Assembly (NCBI GenBank): GCA_041493205.1
Contig: JBGPYM010000003.1
Span: 1-38,969 of the forward strand
Direction of reading: 5' to 3'
DNA length: 38,969 bases
From: Bacteroidota bacterium
Lineage (GTDB): Bacteria; Bacteroidota; Ignavibacteria; UBA10030; UBA6906
The stretch's first letter is position 1, and each line of letters begins with the position of its first letter. The translations under genes and the position numbers were made by a program. Under the pieces are notes generated by a model that worked only from the letters and a program-made list of their open reading frames with translations, did no database searches and was not told the DNA's origin. Shown piece by piece: positions 28,373-36,557 of the stretch.

Positions 28373-29467
28373 TCAGTACGCCTCCGCAGTCTGTGCAACG
28401 TCACGCCGGACTATCGCGTCGAGGGCCCGCACGACCTCATCGGGTGCGGGAATGATGCCGCCCATGCGTCCGTAGAAGCCGACCGGCACGCGGCCTTCGA
28501 CGGCCAGGCGGACATCTTCGATCATCTGTCCGGAATTCATTTCGACCACGAGGACGCCCTGGACCCGTTCCGCGAGTTCACGGATCGCGGTCGTGGGGAA
28601 CGGCCAGAGTGTCTGGGGACGGAGCAGGCCCGCCTTGATTCCCTGTGCGCGTGCAATCTCGACCGCACCTTTCGCGATGCGGGCGGCAAGCCCGTAGGCA
28701 ACGATCAGGTACTCGGCGTCGTCCGCGTGGAATTGCTCGCTCCGGGTCTCCGCCGCTGCAATGCGGCCGTACTTCTCCTGCAGGCGGATGTTGATCTGCT
28801 CCATCTTTTCCGGTTGAATGTGGAGCGAGGTAATGATGTTGCGTTCCCGTGATTTCGGCTTTCCGGTCGTGGCCCACGGCTTTGCGGGGATATGTTCGGC
28901 CGGGATGTACTCTTTGAACTGCACCTTCTCCATCATCTGTCCGAGGGCGCCGTCGGCAAGAATCATGACGGGATTGCGGTACCTGTCGGCGAGGTCGAAG
29001 GCGTCGTACACGAAATCCGCCATCTCCTGCACGCTTGCGGGCGCGAGCACGATCAGCCGGTAATCGCCGTGGCCTCCACCCTTGACGGCCTGGAAATAGT
29101 CTCCCTGCGACGGCTGGATGGTGCCAAGACCGGGTCCGCCCCTGTTGACGTTGACGACCAGGCAGGGGAGCTCGGCGGCGGCGATGTACGAGATGCCCTC
29201 CTGCATGAGGCTGACGCCCGGACTGGACGACGAGGTCATGACACGGGCGCCGGCGCCTGAGGCGCCGTACACCATGTTGATGGACGCCACCTCGCTCTCC
29301 GCCTGCAGGACGATCATTCCCCGGCGGCGGCCCTGGTCGGCCAGGTACTCGAGGATTTCCGACTGCGGCGTAATGGGGTATCCGAAATAGGCGTTGCAGC
29401 CGGCGCGGATTGCCGCTTCTGCCAGCGCCTCGTTCCCTTTCATCAGCTGGACATCGCTCACGGTCAA
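28373..29467 (-). CDS. vorB: 2-oxoacid:ferredoxin oxidoreductase alpha subunit (VorB-like)
   Basis: MKGNEALAEAAI, FGYPITPQSE, QAESEVAS, TSSSSPG, RGGPGLG, VVEMNSGQM. Confidence 0.9.
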   Translation of the reverse strand: MTVSDVQLMKGNEALAEAAIRAGCNAYFGYPITPQSEILEYLADQGRRRGMIVLQAESEVASINMVYGASGAGARVMTSSSSPGVSLMQEGISYIAAAELPCLVVNVNRGGPGLGTIQPSQGDYFQAVKGGGHGDYRLIVLAPASVQEMADFVYDAFDLADRYRNPVMILADGALGQMMEKVQFKEYIPAEHIPAKPWATTGKPKSRERNIITSLHIQPEKMEQINIRLQEKYGRIAAAETRSEQFHADDAEYLIVAYGLAARIAKGAVEIARAQGIKAGLLRPQTLWPFPTTAIRELAERVQGVLVVEMNSGQMIEDVRLAVEGRVPVGFYGRMGGIIPAPDEVVRALDAIVRRDVAQTAEAY

Positions 29468-29757
29468 TTCCTTTCGCTGTCGATGGAGACGGAGATATTT
29501 CCGGAAACATTACTGATGGTCGCGACCGGCACCTTCGCCTTTTTCTTGTTCTCGCGGTAGACGGTGATCACCGCGTCGGGACAGACGAGGGCGCAATTAA
29601 TGCACCCCGTACAATTATCCTTCACCAGCACCGCGTAGTGGTATCCCTGCGCGTTGAAGCCGGGGGCGAGCGCCAGGCTTTCCTGCGGGCAGGCATCAAT
29701 GCAGAGCTCGCATCCCTTACAGGTCTCTATCGCGAATGTTACGGATCCTTTCGCCAT
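29464..29757 (-). CDS. 2x[4Fe-4S] ferredoxin-like delta subunit of the oxidoreductase
   Basis: CKGCELCIDACP and CTGCINCALVCP. Confidence 0.92.
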   Translation of the reverse strand: MAKGSVTFAIETCKGCELCIDACPQESLALAPGFNAQGYHYAVLVKDNCTGCINCALVCPDAVITVYRENKKKAKVPVATISNVSGNISVSIDSERN

Positions 29758-29768
29758 CAGGCCGCTCC

Positions 29769-31103
29769 TTAGAGGTAGTGATGCTTTTTTGCAAATACTT
29801 CCAGGTCCGCGCGGAACTGCGGATGGGCGATGCTGATCAGCAGCTCCGCCCTCTGGCGCACGGACCTTCCGTGCAGGTTCACAACGCCGAATTCGGTTGC
29901 CACATAGTGGACATCGCCTTTGGATGTTGTCACCCCCGCCCCTTCCTGCAGCCGCGGCGCGATGCGGGAGATGGTCCCGGATTTGGCCGTCGAGGGGAGT
30001 GCGATGATGGGCTTGCCGCCTTCAGACCGTGCGGCGCCGCGGATGAAGTCGACCTGACCGCCGAACCCGCTGTAAAAGCGGTGGCCCATGGAATCGGCAC
30101 AGACCTGCCCCGTCAGATCGACCTCAATCGCCGAATTGAGCGCCACCATCCGGCTGTTGCGCGCGATGGTGAAGGGGTCGTTCGTGAACTGCGTCGGGCG
30201 GAACTCCATGGCAGGATTATTGTCGATGAAATCGAACAGCACCTGGGAGCCAAGGACAAAGGAGGTAACGATTTTTCCGGGGAGCAGGGTCTTGCGCATG
30301 TTGGTGATGACGCCGGACTCCACGAGCGGGATAATCCCGTCGGAAATCATTTCGGAATGAATCCCAAGATGTTTCCGGTCGCCCAGGAATTTGACCGTCG
30401 CGTCGGGGATGCGCCCGATTCCCAGCTGCAGCGTCGATCCATCCTCCACCAGTCCGGCCACGTTTTCACCGATCCGCCGGTACACCTCAAGTTCCTCGGG
30501 GGTCTCGTCGCCCTCCAGCTGGGGGAGTTCCTTGAGGGGGGTACTCACTTCGATGCAATAATCGATCTTGCTGATATGGATGAAGCTGTCGCCGAGGGTG
30601 CGCGGCATATTCGTGTTGACCTGCGCAACCACGATCTTGGCGACTTCGGCCGCCGCCTTCGTGCATTCCACGCCGACGCCGAAACTGCAGTAGCCGTGCT
30701 CATCAGGGGGAGACACCTGGATCAGGGCAACGTCCACGGGATATTCCCTGTTATACAGGAGAGCCGGGATTTCGGAGAGAAAGATCGGCGTAAAATCCGC
30801 GCGCCCCTCGTTGACCGCAGTACGGACATTTTTCCCGATGAAGAACGCGTTGTGCCGGAAGTGGCCGGCCATTTCGGGGCGGACGTACGCGGCCTCGCCG
30901 ACACCCAGCAGGTGGCACACTTCGACATCCCGCAGGTCCGCGTACCGTTCCACCATTGCATCCACGAGGACCTGCGGTACTGCGCAGCCCGGATGGATGT
31001 AGACACGGTCCCCCGACTGGATGACCGAGACTGCGTCGGCGGGGGATACGAATTTCCGTTCGTATTTCCGTTTGACCGTCGCAGAGATCGAGTTATAATG
31101 CAT
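29769..31103 (-). CDS. Acetyl-CoA hydrolase/transferase family (4-hydroxybutyrate CoA-transferase-like, family I)
   Basis: VSPPDEHGYCSFG, TLQLGIGRIP, LGIHSEM (catalytic Glu), EVDLTGQV, GFGGQVDF. AGGAG RBS before ATG 31103. Confidence 0.92.
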   Translation of the reverse strand: MHYNSISATVKRKYERKFVSPADAVSVIQSGDRVYIHPGCAVPQVLVDAMVERYADLRDVEVCHLLGVGEAAYVRPEMAGHFRHNAFFIGKNVRTAVNEGRADFTPIFLSEIPALLYNREYPVDVALIQVSPPDEHGYCSFGVGVECTKAAAEVAKIVVAQVNTNMPRTLGDSFIHISKIDYCIEVSTPLKELPQLEGDETPEELEVYRRIGENVAGLVEDGSTLQLGIGRIPDATVKFLGDRKHLGIHSEMISDGIIPLVESGVITNMRKTLLPGKIVTSFVLGSQVLFDFIDNNPAMEFRPTQFTNDPFTIARNSRMVALNSAIEVDLTGQVCADSMGHRFYSGFGGQVDFIRGAARSEGGKPIIALPSTAKSGTISRIAPRLQEGAGVTTSKGDVHYVATEFGVVNLHGRSVRQRAELLISIAHPQFRADLEVFAKKHHYL

Positions 31104-31131
31104 TGTCAACTCCTGAGAGAAACGTCAAGAT

Positions 31132-32457
31132 TCAATGTTGTGTCGCATCAATGGATGCTGCGAGATCCCGGATGATGTCTTCGGGCTTTTCCAGTCCGAT
31201 TGCCAGCCGGATCCCGCCCGGATCGAGTCCTTTTGCGATCTGTTCTTCCGGCGGGAATGCAGAATGCGTCATGGAGCCCGGGTGTTCGATGAGCGTGCGG
31301 ATGTTCCCCAGACTCACCGCCAGCGTAATGCAGTACGACGTGCGGGCGACGTGATTGATGAAGCACTCTGCGTGTTTCAGCGCGTCGGCGGGCTTTTCCC
31401 CCTTCATGACGAAGTAAATCATTGCGCCGGGGGCAAAATTGCCGTCATAGTCCACCATCTGCCGCCGGGCGAGCTCCTTCTGTGCGAACTGCGGCAGGCC
31501 GGGGTAGTGCACGCACGCGAGCTCCCGGCGGGTCGTCAGAAACTGTGCAACGGCCTGGGCGGTCTGCTGCATTTGCCGCATCCGGACTGCAAGCGTGGGG
31601 AGTCCCTGGACGAGCACCGGCCAGGCGCTCTTCGGCGAGAGGACGCCGCCGAAGTCCTTCCGGTAGAGCATGAGCCTGTCCCGGCTCCACTGGGGTCCGA
31701 TCACGACACCGCCGATGTCGGTCCCAAACCCTCCGATCGCCTTGGTAAGGGAGTGAACGACGAAGTCTATTCCGAGGGAGATCGGCCGCTGGCAGAACGG
31801 GGTGGCAAAGGTACTGTCCACCACCGTGTAGAGCTGTTCGTTTTCCCCGCGCGATTCGTTAATTTCACGCGCAATGTCCGCCACCGCTTTCAGGTCCGTC
31901 AACCGGAGGTTTGGATTGACGGGCGATTCCATATAGAGCACGCGCGTTTGCGGGGTGATCGACCGGCGCACCTCCTTCACATCGGTGAAGTCGATGAACC
32001 GCGCGTTGATCTTGAGCCGGGGGTACCAGTTGGTCAGGAGCGAGTAGGTGCAGCCGTAGATGGTCTTATGGGCGAGGATTTCGCTCCCGGCGCCGGTCAG
32101 GATGCCGAGAACACCGGCGATGGCGGCCATGCCGCTTGCAAACGAGACGGCGATTTCTCCCTGTTCCGCGAAGGCGAGATTCTCCTCAAGCATGTCCTTG
32201 TTGGGCTCGCCGAGCCGGTCATAGATGTAGATCGGCGCTTTTGCGGCGACCGTGAGTTCGGGACTCGAGTGCGCGAACTCGGCGAATCCCTGGGCGCCGC
32301 GGCCGGCGCTGTCGAGGCGGAAGGTCGCGGATGCGGAAATGGGGGGAAGCAGGTGATGGCTGTAATCCCACCGCGGATCGTTCATCTTTCCGTAGATCAG
32401 GTGCGATTCAGCGGAGTAGCCGTCTTCTTCGTTGGTCTTCGTCGTGTCGGTTGCCAT
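31132..32457 (-). CDS. megL: Methionine gamma-lyase-like PLP enzyme (Cys/Met metabolism family)
   Basis: YIYDRLGEP, FASGMAAI, IYGCT (the Cys is diagnostic of MGL versus YGGT in CGS/CGL), DSTFATP, HSLTK PLP lysine, AVSLG, HPGSMTHS. Start ATG 32457. Confidence 0.82.
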   Translation of the reverse strand: MATDTTKTNEEDGYSAESHLIYGKMNDPRWDYSHHLLPPISASATFRLDSAGRGAQGFAEFAHSSPELTVAAKAPIYIYDRLGEPNKDMLEENLAFAEQGEIAVSFASGMAAIAGVLGILTGAGSEILAHKTIYGCTYSLLTNWYPRLKINARFIDFTDVKEVRRSITPQTRVLYMESPVNPNLRLTDLKAVADIAREINESRGENEQLYTVVDSTFATPFCQRPISLGIDFVVHSLTKAIGGFGTDIGGVVIGPQWSRDRLMLYRKDFGGVLSPKSAWPVLVQGLPTLAVRMRQMQQTAQAVAQFLTTRRELACVHYPGLPQFAQKELARRQMVDYDGNFAPGAMIYFVMKGEKPADALKHAECFINHVARTSYCITLAVSLGNIRTLIEHPGSMTHSAFPPEEQIAKGLDPGGIRLAIGLEKPEDIIRDLAASIDATQH

Positions 32458-32492
32458 ACTGTTCGTCAGTCGGTGCTGGTGCGGGATGCGCG

Positions 32493-33554
32493 TCAGAGAA
32501 CTGTTCTCGTCCGGAGGACATCTTCCACGGGACGACGCGGCGTACGGGCGGGAGCAGCGAGTGAAAACCCAATACGCAGCAGGATTTGAGGCCAGGCGGA
32601 GAGCCCGAGCAGAGCGCGCAGTTGCACCCGGAGCTCCGGTACCTGTACGGGCATATTGAAATAACTGTGCTGCAGACCTTCCCGTGTCAGGGTCAGCAGC
32701 AATTTTTGCAGGAGCTGTCCTGCGTCCAGCCAGTGAGGTACCGTGTCTTCGCTCTGCAGGACGATGAGGCCGGGCGCCTCGATACAGAGATTCCTGTCGG
32801 CGGCGGACCGGATGACACTGACATCCAGCATCCGCGTGGTCCACTGTCCGAGGGCCGATGCCATGGTGCTGACGCCCAGCGCCGCCCCGGTGATGCCGTC
32901 CGGTTTCTTCGTCCAGTTGGGACGGACCCATTCGGCGCAATCGCCGCGAAAGGCGGGGTCTGCCAGCTGCATCCGGTCGGCCGCTTCCACAAGTTCTGCG
33001 ACCCCGGTATTGATTCTGCCATCGGAAGAGACATACACCCCGGCGAGTCCGTCTGTTTCCAGACCCCGTACGTGGCGGAGCAGCGATTCGGGCACGCGGG
33101 AGAGGAGGAACGGGTTGCGGTTGGTGTGCCGCCGGGGTATGGCTGTAAAGAGGGACATCAATGCCTCATCGCCGCCTGCGTCAGAGGAACGCGGGCTCAG
33201 GGAGAGGAAGGCCAGGGGCCGTTCGCTGTCGCCGCTCTCGTTGTAGCTTACCCGGCAGTCGAATCCAAACCGCTCGGCGGCCACGCGCAGGGTGAAGAGC
33301 GCCGTGCCGATGCTCATGAGCAGCTCGCGGTTTCCGGGGTCAACGACCGGCATACGCCGCGCATAGTCCGCATAGAGTTCGACGCCCTCGGGGGTAATCC
33401 CAAACCACCACGGCTGCGTGTTATGCGTCGAGGGGGCGAGGATCGCATAGCGCAGGAGAAATGCGAATTGCTCCTCCCGGGAGCCGTCGGCGGGATACTC
33501 ACGCTCGTCGACTGCATAGGGCGTGGTCATCGGATCAAAGCTGGAGCGTCCCAT
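32493..33554 (-). CDS. Acg-family FMN-binding nitroreductase-like protein
   Basis: YAILAPSTHNTQPWWF, DPGNRELLMSIG, IPRRHTNRNPF, WLDAGQLLQ, PQILLRIG, RTPRRP. Start 33554 (GGAGG) or 33611. Confidence 0.88.
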   Translation of the reverse strand: MGRSSFDPMTTPYAVDEREYPADGSREEQFAFLLRYAILAPSTHNTQPWWFGITPEGVELYADYARRMPVVDPGNRELLMSIGTALFTLRVAAERFGFDCRVSYNESGDSERPLAFLSLSPRSSDAGGDEALMSLFTAIPRRHTNRNPFLLSRVPESLLRHVRGLETDGLAGVYVSSDGRINTGVAELVEAADRMQLADPAFRGDCAEWVRPNWTKKPDGITGAALGVSTMASALGQWTTRMLDVSVIRSAADRNLCIEAPGLIVLQSEDTVPHWLDAGQLLQKLLLTLTREGLQHSYFNMPVQVPELRVQLRALLGLSAWPQILLRIGFSLAAPARTPRRPVEDVLRTRTVL

Positions 33555-33607
33555 GCGGCTTCCGTCCTCCCCGCCGATCTCAAGCCGTGTATTGTAGAGC
33601 ATCACAC

Positions 33608-33865
33608 TCATTTCTGGTCGTTACCGATTTGATCGGTGAGACACCGGATCGCGTCCACCGGACAATCTTCCATCGCTTCGAGCATGAATTCCTCTTCTTC
33701 GGCCGATTGCGGCTGGCGGGCAACAAAATAGGTGTTGGAGTCCTTCTGGAAATCGAAATTCTCCGGCGCCAGCGACGCGCAGTAGGCGCACCCGTCGCAT
33801 TCCTCCGTCGTGAAGTACTTTCCCGGCACGTTCCCCGGCAGTTTGATGGTATCTACACTTTCCAT
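33608..33865 (-). CDS. Single-cluster ferredoxin
   Basis: NVPGKYF...CDGCAYC...CPVDAI; GGAGG RBS within the end of ccmF. Confidence 0.88.
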   Translation of the reverse strand: MESVDTIKLPGNVPGKYFTTEECDGCAYCASLAPENFDFQKDSNTYFVARQPQSAEEEEFMLEAMEDCPVDAIRCLTDQIGNDQK

Positions 33866-35823
33866 TGCACCTCCTGTGTACGTTTGACTATGGCAAGAGC
33901 AAATCCGATGATCATCAGAACCATTCCACCCCAGAGGAGACTCATAAACGGTTTTATGCTCGCCTCCACCACCAGCCGTTCCGGCTGCGCCGGCGTGGCC
34001 TGGGCGGTCCGGAACCCTGACCCGCCCGACTCTCCACCGCCAAGCGCCTCCCCGTCCGCGGCAGCCTGTGCAGCTTCGAGACCAACCGGGGAGAGGTAAA
34101 AGTCGCGCGTAAAAAATGTCGCAATGTCGGGATTGCGCATCACTCCCTGCTCGCCTCCCGGAAACATGACGGGTGCGAGCGTGAACGACTCCCCGTCCCC
34201 TTCCACGCGGACGTGAAATTTGAACTTCCCGTCGGCGGTCGGCGCGAATCCGGTATACGTGAGGGTATGTCCCAGCGCTTCGCGCGGACGATTGAGCGGG
34301 AGCGTCACGTGCGCCCGCGATTCGAAACGGCCGCTCGCGATCATGCCCAGAAGGAAAATGGCCACGCCCGCGTGGGCCAGCTTTCCGCCGAGGAAGCGGG
34401 GGTCACCCCGGGCAATTCTGACGCCGATATCCACGTTGACGAAGAGCGCGAAGACCGACGCGAAGATGAGCGCGAGAGCGCCGGCATCCTCGACTCCCAG
34501 AATCGCCAGACTCGCAACGACGACAAACGACGCAAAGAGGCCGACTCTCGACCTTTGCAGGGTCGCTCCCCCGTCCTGTGTTTCCCATTGGGTATACAGG
34601 CTCAGTCCGATCAGGAGCCCCATCACAATCACGAGCGGGAGGTTGGTCGCGTTGTAGAACGACGGCTCGACGCGCAGGGCCGAGAAGATCGGTAGCGTTG
34701 TCCCGAAGGCAACGACCGCCGCACTGAGGATAAGGAGCATCGTCCCGGCCCCGAGGGAAGTCTCCCGGGAAAGCAGATGTCCCTCCGCAGGGTGCGGCCG
34801 GAGGTCCGCGCGGCGCGCGATCATGAGGCCCGCGCCGGCAACAGCGATAGCCCCGAGGGATCCGAGGAGGAGCCAGTAGGCTGCAGCCCCCGGATCCGTA
34901 AACGAGTGAACCGACGCGTCGCCGAGAATGCCGCTGCGTGTCAGAAACGTGCTGTAGATGACGAGAAAGAACGAGACCAGCGCGAGGGCGAAATTTGTCC
35001 GCATATATTTACCAGTGCGGAGCTGCGCGAGCATTGTGTGAAGGAGGGCGATCCCGGTGAGCCACGGCACCAGGGAGGAGTTCTCCACGGGATCCCACCC
35101 CCAGTACCCGCCCCAGCCAAGGACCCCATAGGCCCAGTAGGCACCGAGCATGATGCCGAGTCCGAGGACGGTTGTCCCGCCAAGGACCCACGGGAACGCC
35201 TGCGCGGGGAGAATGTCGTACCTCCGTTTCCAGAGCCCCGCGATCGCAAGGCTGAACGGCACGGCCATCGCAGCAAACCCGAGAAAGAGCACGGGCGGGT
35301 GGATGACCATCCAGAAATTCTGCAGCAGTGGATTCAGCCCGCGTCCTTCGGCCGGTATGGCAAGCGGCGCCTGCGGGAACATCTCCCAGACCGAGCGGAA
35401 GGGGGACTTCACTATGACAAAGGCAAGGAGGACCGTCTGGACTGTCATGTAGACCGCCATGACGGGTGCTTCGTTGCCGTGCCTTCGCGCGGCCGCCCGG
35501 AGGACGAGCGCGATCGCGCTTCCGCAGAGGGCCCAGAAAAGAAAGCTCCCTTCCTGTCCCGCATAGAAACTTGAAATCAGATACGCAAGCGGGAGGGCGC
35601 TGTCGCTGTAACTATAGACATACCCGTTTGAGAAATCGTGCCGGAGAAGGAGGACGAGGAGAAGGACGGAGGCGAACCCAACAACCACCACGGAGAGATA
35701 TAACAGTCGCCGCGGCCGGGCCGAGGATCCTGCCCGAGAGGAAGCCAGTCGGAAGTAGAGCAAGGCGGAGAGAGCCGCAGCGACCAGACTGAACCACACA
35801 CTCATATGTCCAAGAACAGACAT
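33853..35823 (-). CDS. ccmF: Cytochrome c heme lyase CcmF/NrfE family
   Basis: AGQEGSFLFW, GRGLNPLLQNFWMVIHPP, WWD domain WAYGVLGWGGYWGWDPVENSSLVPWL, FLTRSG..SVHSF. Confidence 0.94.
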   Translation of the reverse strand: MSVLGHMSVWFSLVAAALSALLYFRLASSRAGSSARPRRLLYLSVVVVGFASVLLLVLLLRHDFSNGYVYSYSDSALPLAYLISSFYAGQEGSFLFWALCGSAIALVLRAAARRHGNEAPVMAVYMTVQTVLLAFVIVKSPFRSVWEMFPQAPLAIPAEGRGLNPLLQNFWMVIHPPVLFLGFAAMAVPFSLAIAGLWKRRYDILPAQAFPWVLGGTTVLGLGIMLGAYWAYGVLGWGGYWGWDPVENSSLVPWLTGIALLHTMLAQLRTGKYMRTNFALALVSFFLVIYSTFLTRSGILGDASVHSFTDPGAAAYWLLLGSLGAIAVAGAGLMIARRADLRPHPAEGHLLSRETSLGAGTMLLILSAAVVAFGTTLPIFSALRVEPSFYNATNLPLVIVMGLLIGLSLYTQWETQDGGATLQRSRVGLFASFVVVASLAILGVEDAGALALIFASVFALFVNVDIGVRIARGDPRFLGGKLAHAGVAIFLLGMIASGRFESRAHVTLPLNRPREALGHTLTYTGFAPTADGKFKFHVRVEGDGESFTLAPVMFPGGEQGVMRNPDIATFFTRDFYLSPVGLEAAQAAADGEALGGGESGGSGFRTAQATPAQPERLVVEASIKPFMSLLWGGMVLMIIGFALAIVKRTQEVQWKV

Positions 35824-35858
35824 TGCTTCCTCCGATTATTTCGCCCGTACCAGACGGT

Positions 35859-35873
35859 TCAACATATGTGCCA
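35859..35873 (-). promoter_or_regulatory. Sigma54-like promoter of the ccmF operon
   Basis: Minus strand TGGCAC-ATATG-TTGA (GA instead of GC at -12), ~36 bp upstream of the ATG with a GGAGGA RBS in between. Confidence 0.65.
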
Positions 35874-35942
35874 CGAATACATGGGTTTTATGCGTGAAAA
35901 GGGGCGTGAAGGGGCCTCTTTTCCCTTTGCGAGAGCTCAATC

Positions 35943-35958
35943 TTCCAATCTCTGGGAA
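35943..35958. promoter_or_regulatory. Candidate enhancer (UAS) for a sigma54 activator
   Basis: TTCCAA-TCTC-TGGGAA; 13/16 identical to the hemN site, with the same 69-bp gap to TGGCAC. Confidence 0.6.
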
Positions 35959-36009
35959 TGGGTTGGCAGGAGTGAAAACGGCAGGATTTGGGGGAAATGG
36001 GGGGGGAGC

Positions 36010-36100
36010 CACCGGCAGGGACGCCGGTGCTACTAGCAAAAGACACGGGCGGGACGCCCGTGCCACTACCAAATGACACCGGCAGAGACGCCGGTGCTAC
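36010..36100 (-). repeat. Three tandem GTAG-family REP hairpins (period 33-34 bp)
   Basis: + strand CACCGGCAGGGACGCCGGTGCTAC (36010), CACGGGCGGGACGCCCGTGCCAC (36044), CACCGGCAGAGACGCCGGTGCTAC (36077). Confidence 0.85.
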
Positions 36101-36435
36101 TTCAGTCTATGGCGGAGCTGAGTTTCCTCGAGGACCTGAACGATCAGGGGGAAGTACCGGTCGAGGGCGCATTCGACATCGTCACGGAGCCGGCACGATC
36201 CATCAGCTGCGGCCACAGTGCAGACGCCGCAGACTTTTTTCCGGAGCTGTTCTTCATACGGCGCGATGGAGGAGCTGTAGACGGAATTCACCGCCTCAAG
36301 AATCTGCGGCAGGTGTGTTTTCAGCGCGCACGTGCGCCCCGGTGCGATCAAACATCCTCCCTCTCCATTGCCGTCTGCGCACCTGGCGCAGATCTTGGCC
36401 TGGAGCGCATCCCAGTACTCCTGCTCTGTCGTCAT
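36097..36435 (-). CDS. Hypothetical Cys-rich protein with two CX2CX8CX7C repeats (112 aa)
   Basis: AAGGAG RBS; internal duplication KICARC-x8-C-x7-CAL / KVCGVC-x8-C-x7-CAL. Confidence 0.8.
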   Translation of the reverse strand: MTTEQEYWDALQAKICARCADGNGEGGCLIAPGRTCALKTHLPQILEAVNSVYSSSIAPYEEQLRKKVCGVCTVAAADGSCRLRDDVECALDRYFPLIVQVLEETQLRHRLK

Positions 36436-36464
36436 CGCACAGTCTCCTTATGTATGCACAGTGA

Positions 36465-36557
36465 GACGGGCGGGGACGCCCGTCCTACTGCATCGTTGGA
36501 CAGGCAAGGACGTCCGTCCCGCCAGAGGCGGGACGAGACGCTACGCGCCGGTGCTAC
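36465..36557 (-). repeat. Second REP cluster (one intact, one degenerate, one half copy, plus a nested hairpin)
   Basis: GACGGGCG-GGGA-CGCCCGTC-CTAC (36465-36488); GACAGGCAAGGACGTCCGTC (36499); CGTCCCGCC-AGA-GGCGGGACG (36515-36535); CGCCGGTGCTAC (36546-36557). Confidence 0.75.

Noticed and set aside
31092-31109. TTGACA and TATAAC at the start of the CoA-transferase gene
   Set aside because: The hexamers are only 6 bp apart and overlap the start codon, so this is not a valid sigma70 promoter.
32458-32940. 161-aa N-terminal extension of the MGL ORF
   Set aside because: It overlaps the Acg gene in another frame and is low-complexity; family similarity starts after ATG 32457.
29736-33632. Long plus-strand ORFs (479, 484 and 348 aa)
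   Set aside because: They mirror the CoA-transferase, MGL and Acg genes, with Arg/Gly-rich shadow composition and no family motifs.
35836-36079. Short ORFs in the ccmF upstream region
   Set aside because: They are translations of REP repeats (GTPVLL/TGVPP-like peptides) and promoter DNA, with no coding evidence.
36010-36100. Possible mini CRISPR array
   Set aside because: Spacers are only ~10 bp, repeats vary, identical units occur singly elsewhere and no cas genes are present; these are REPs.
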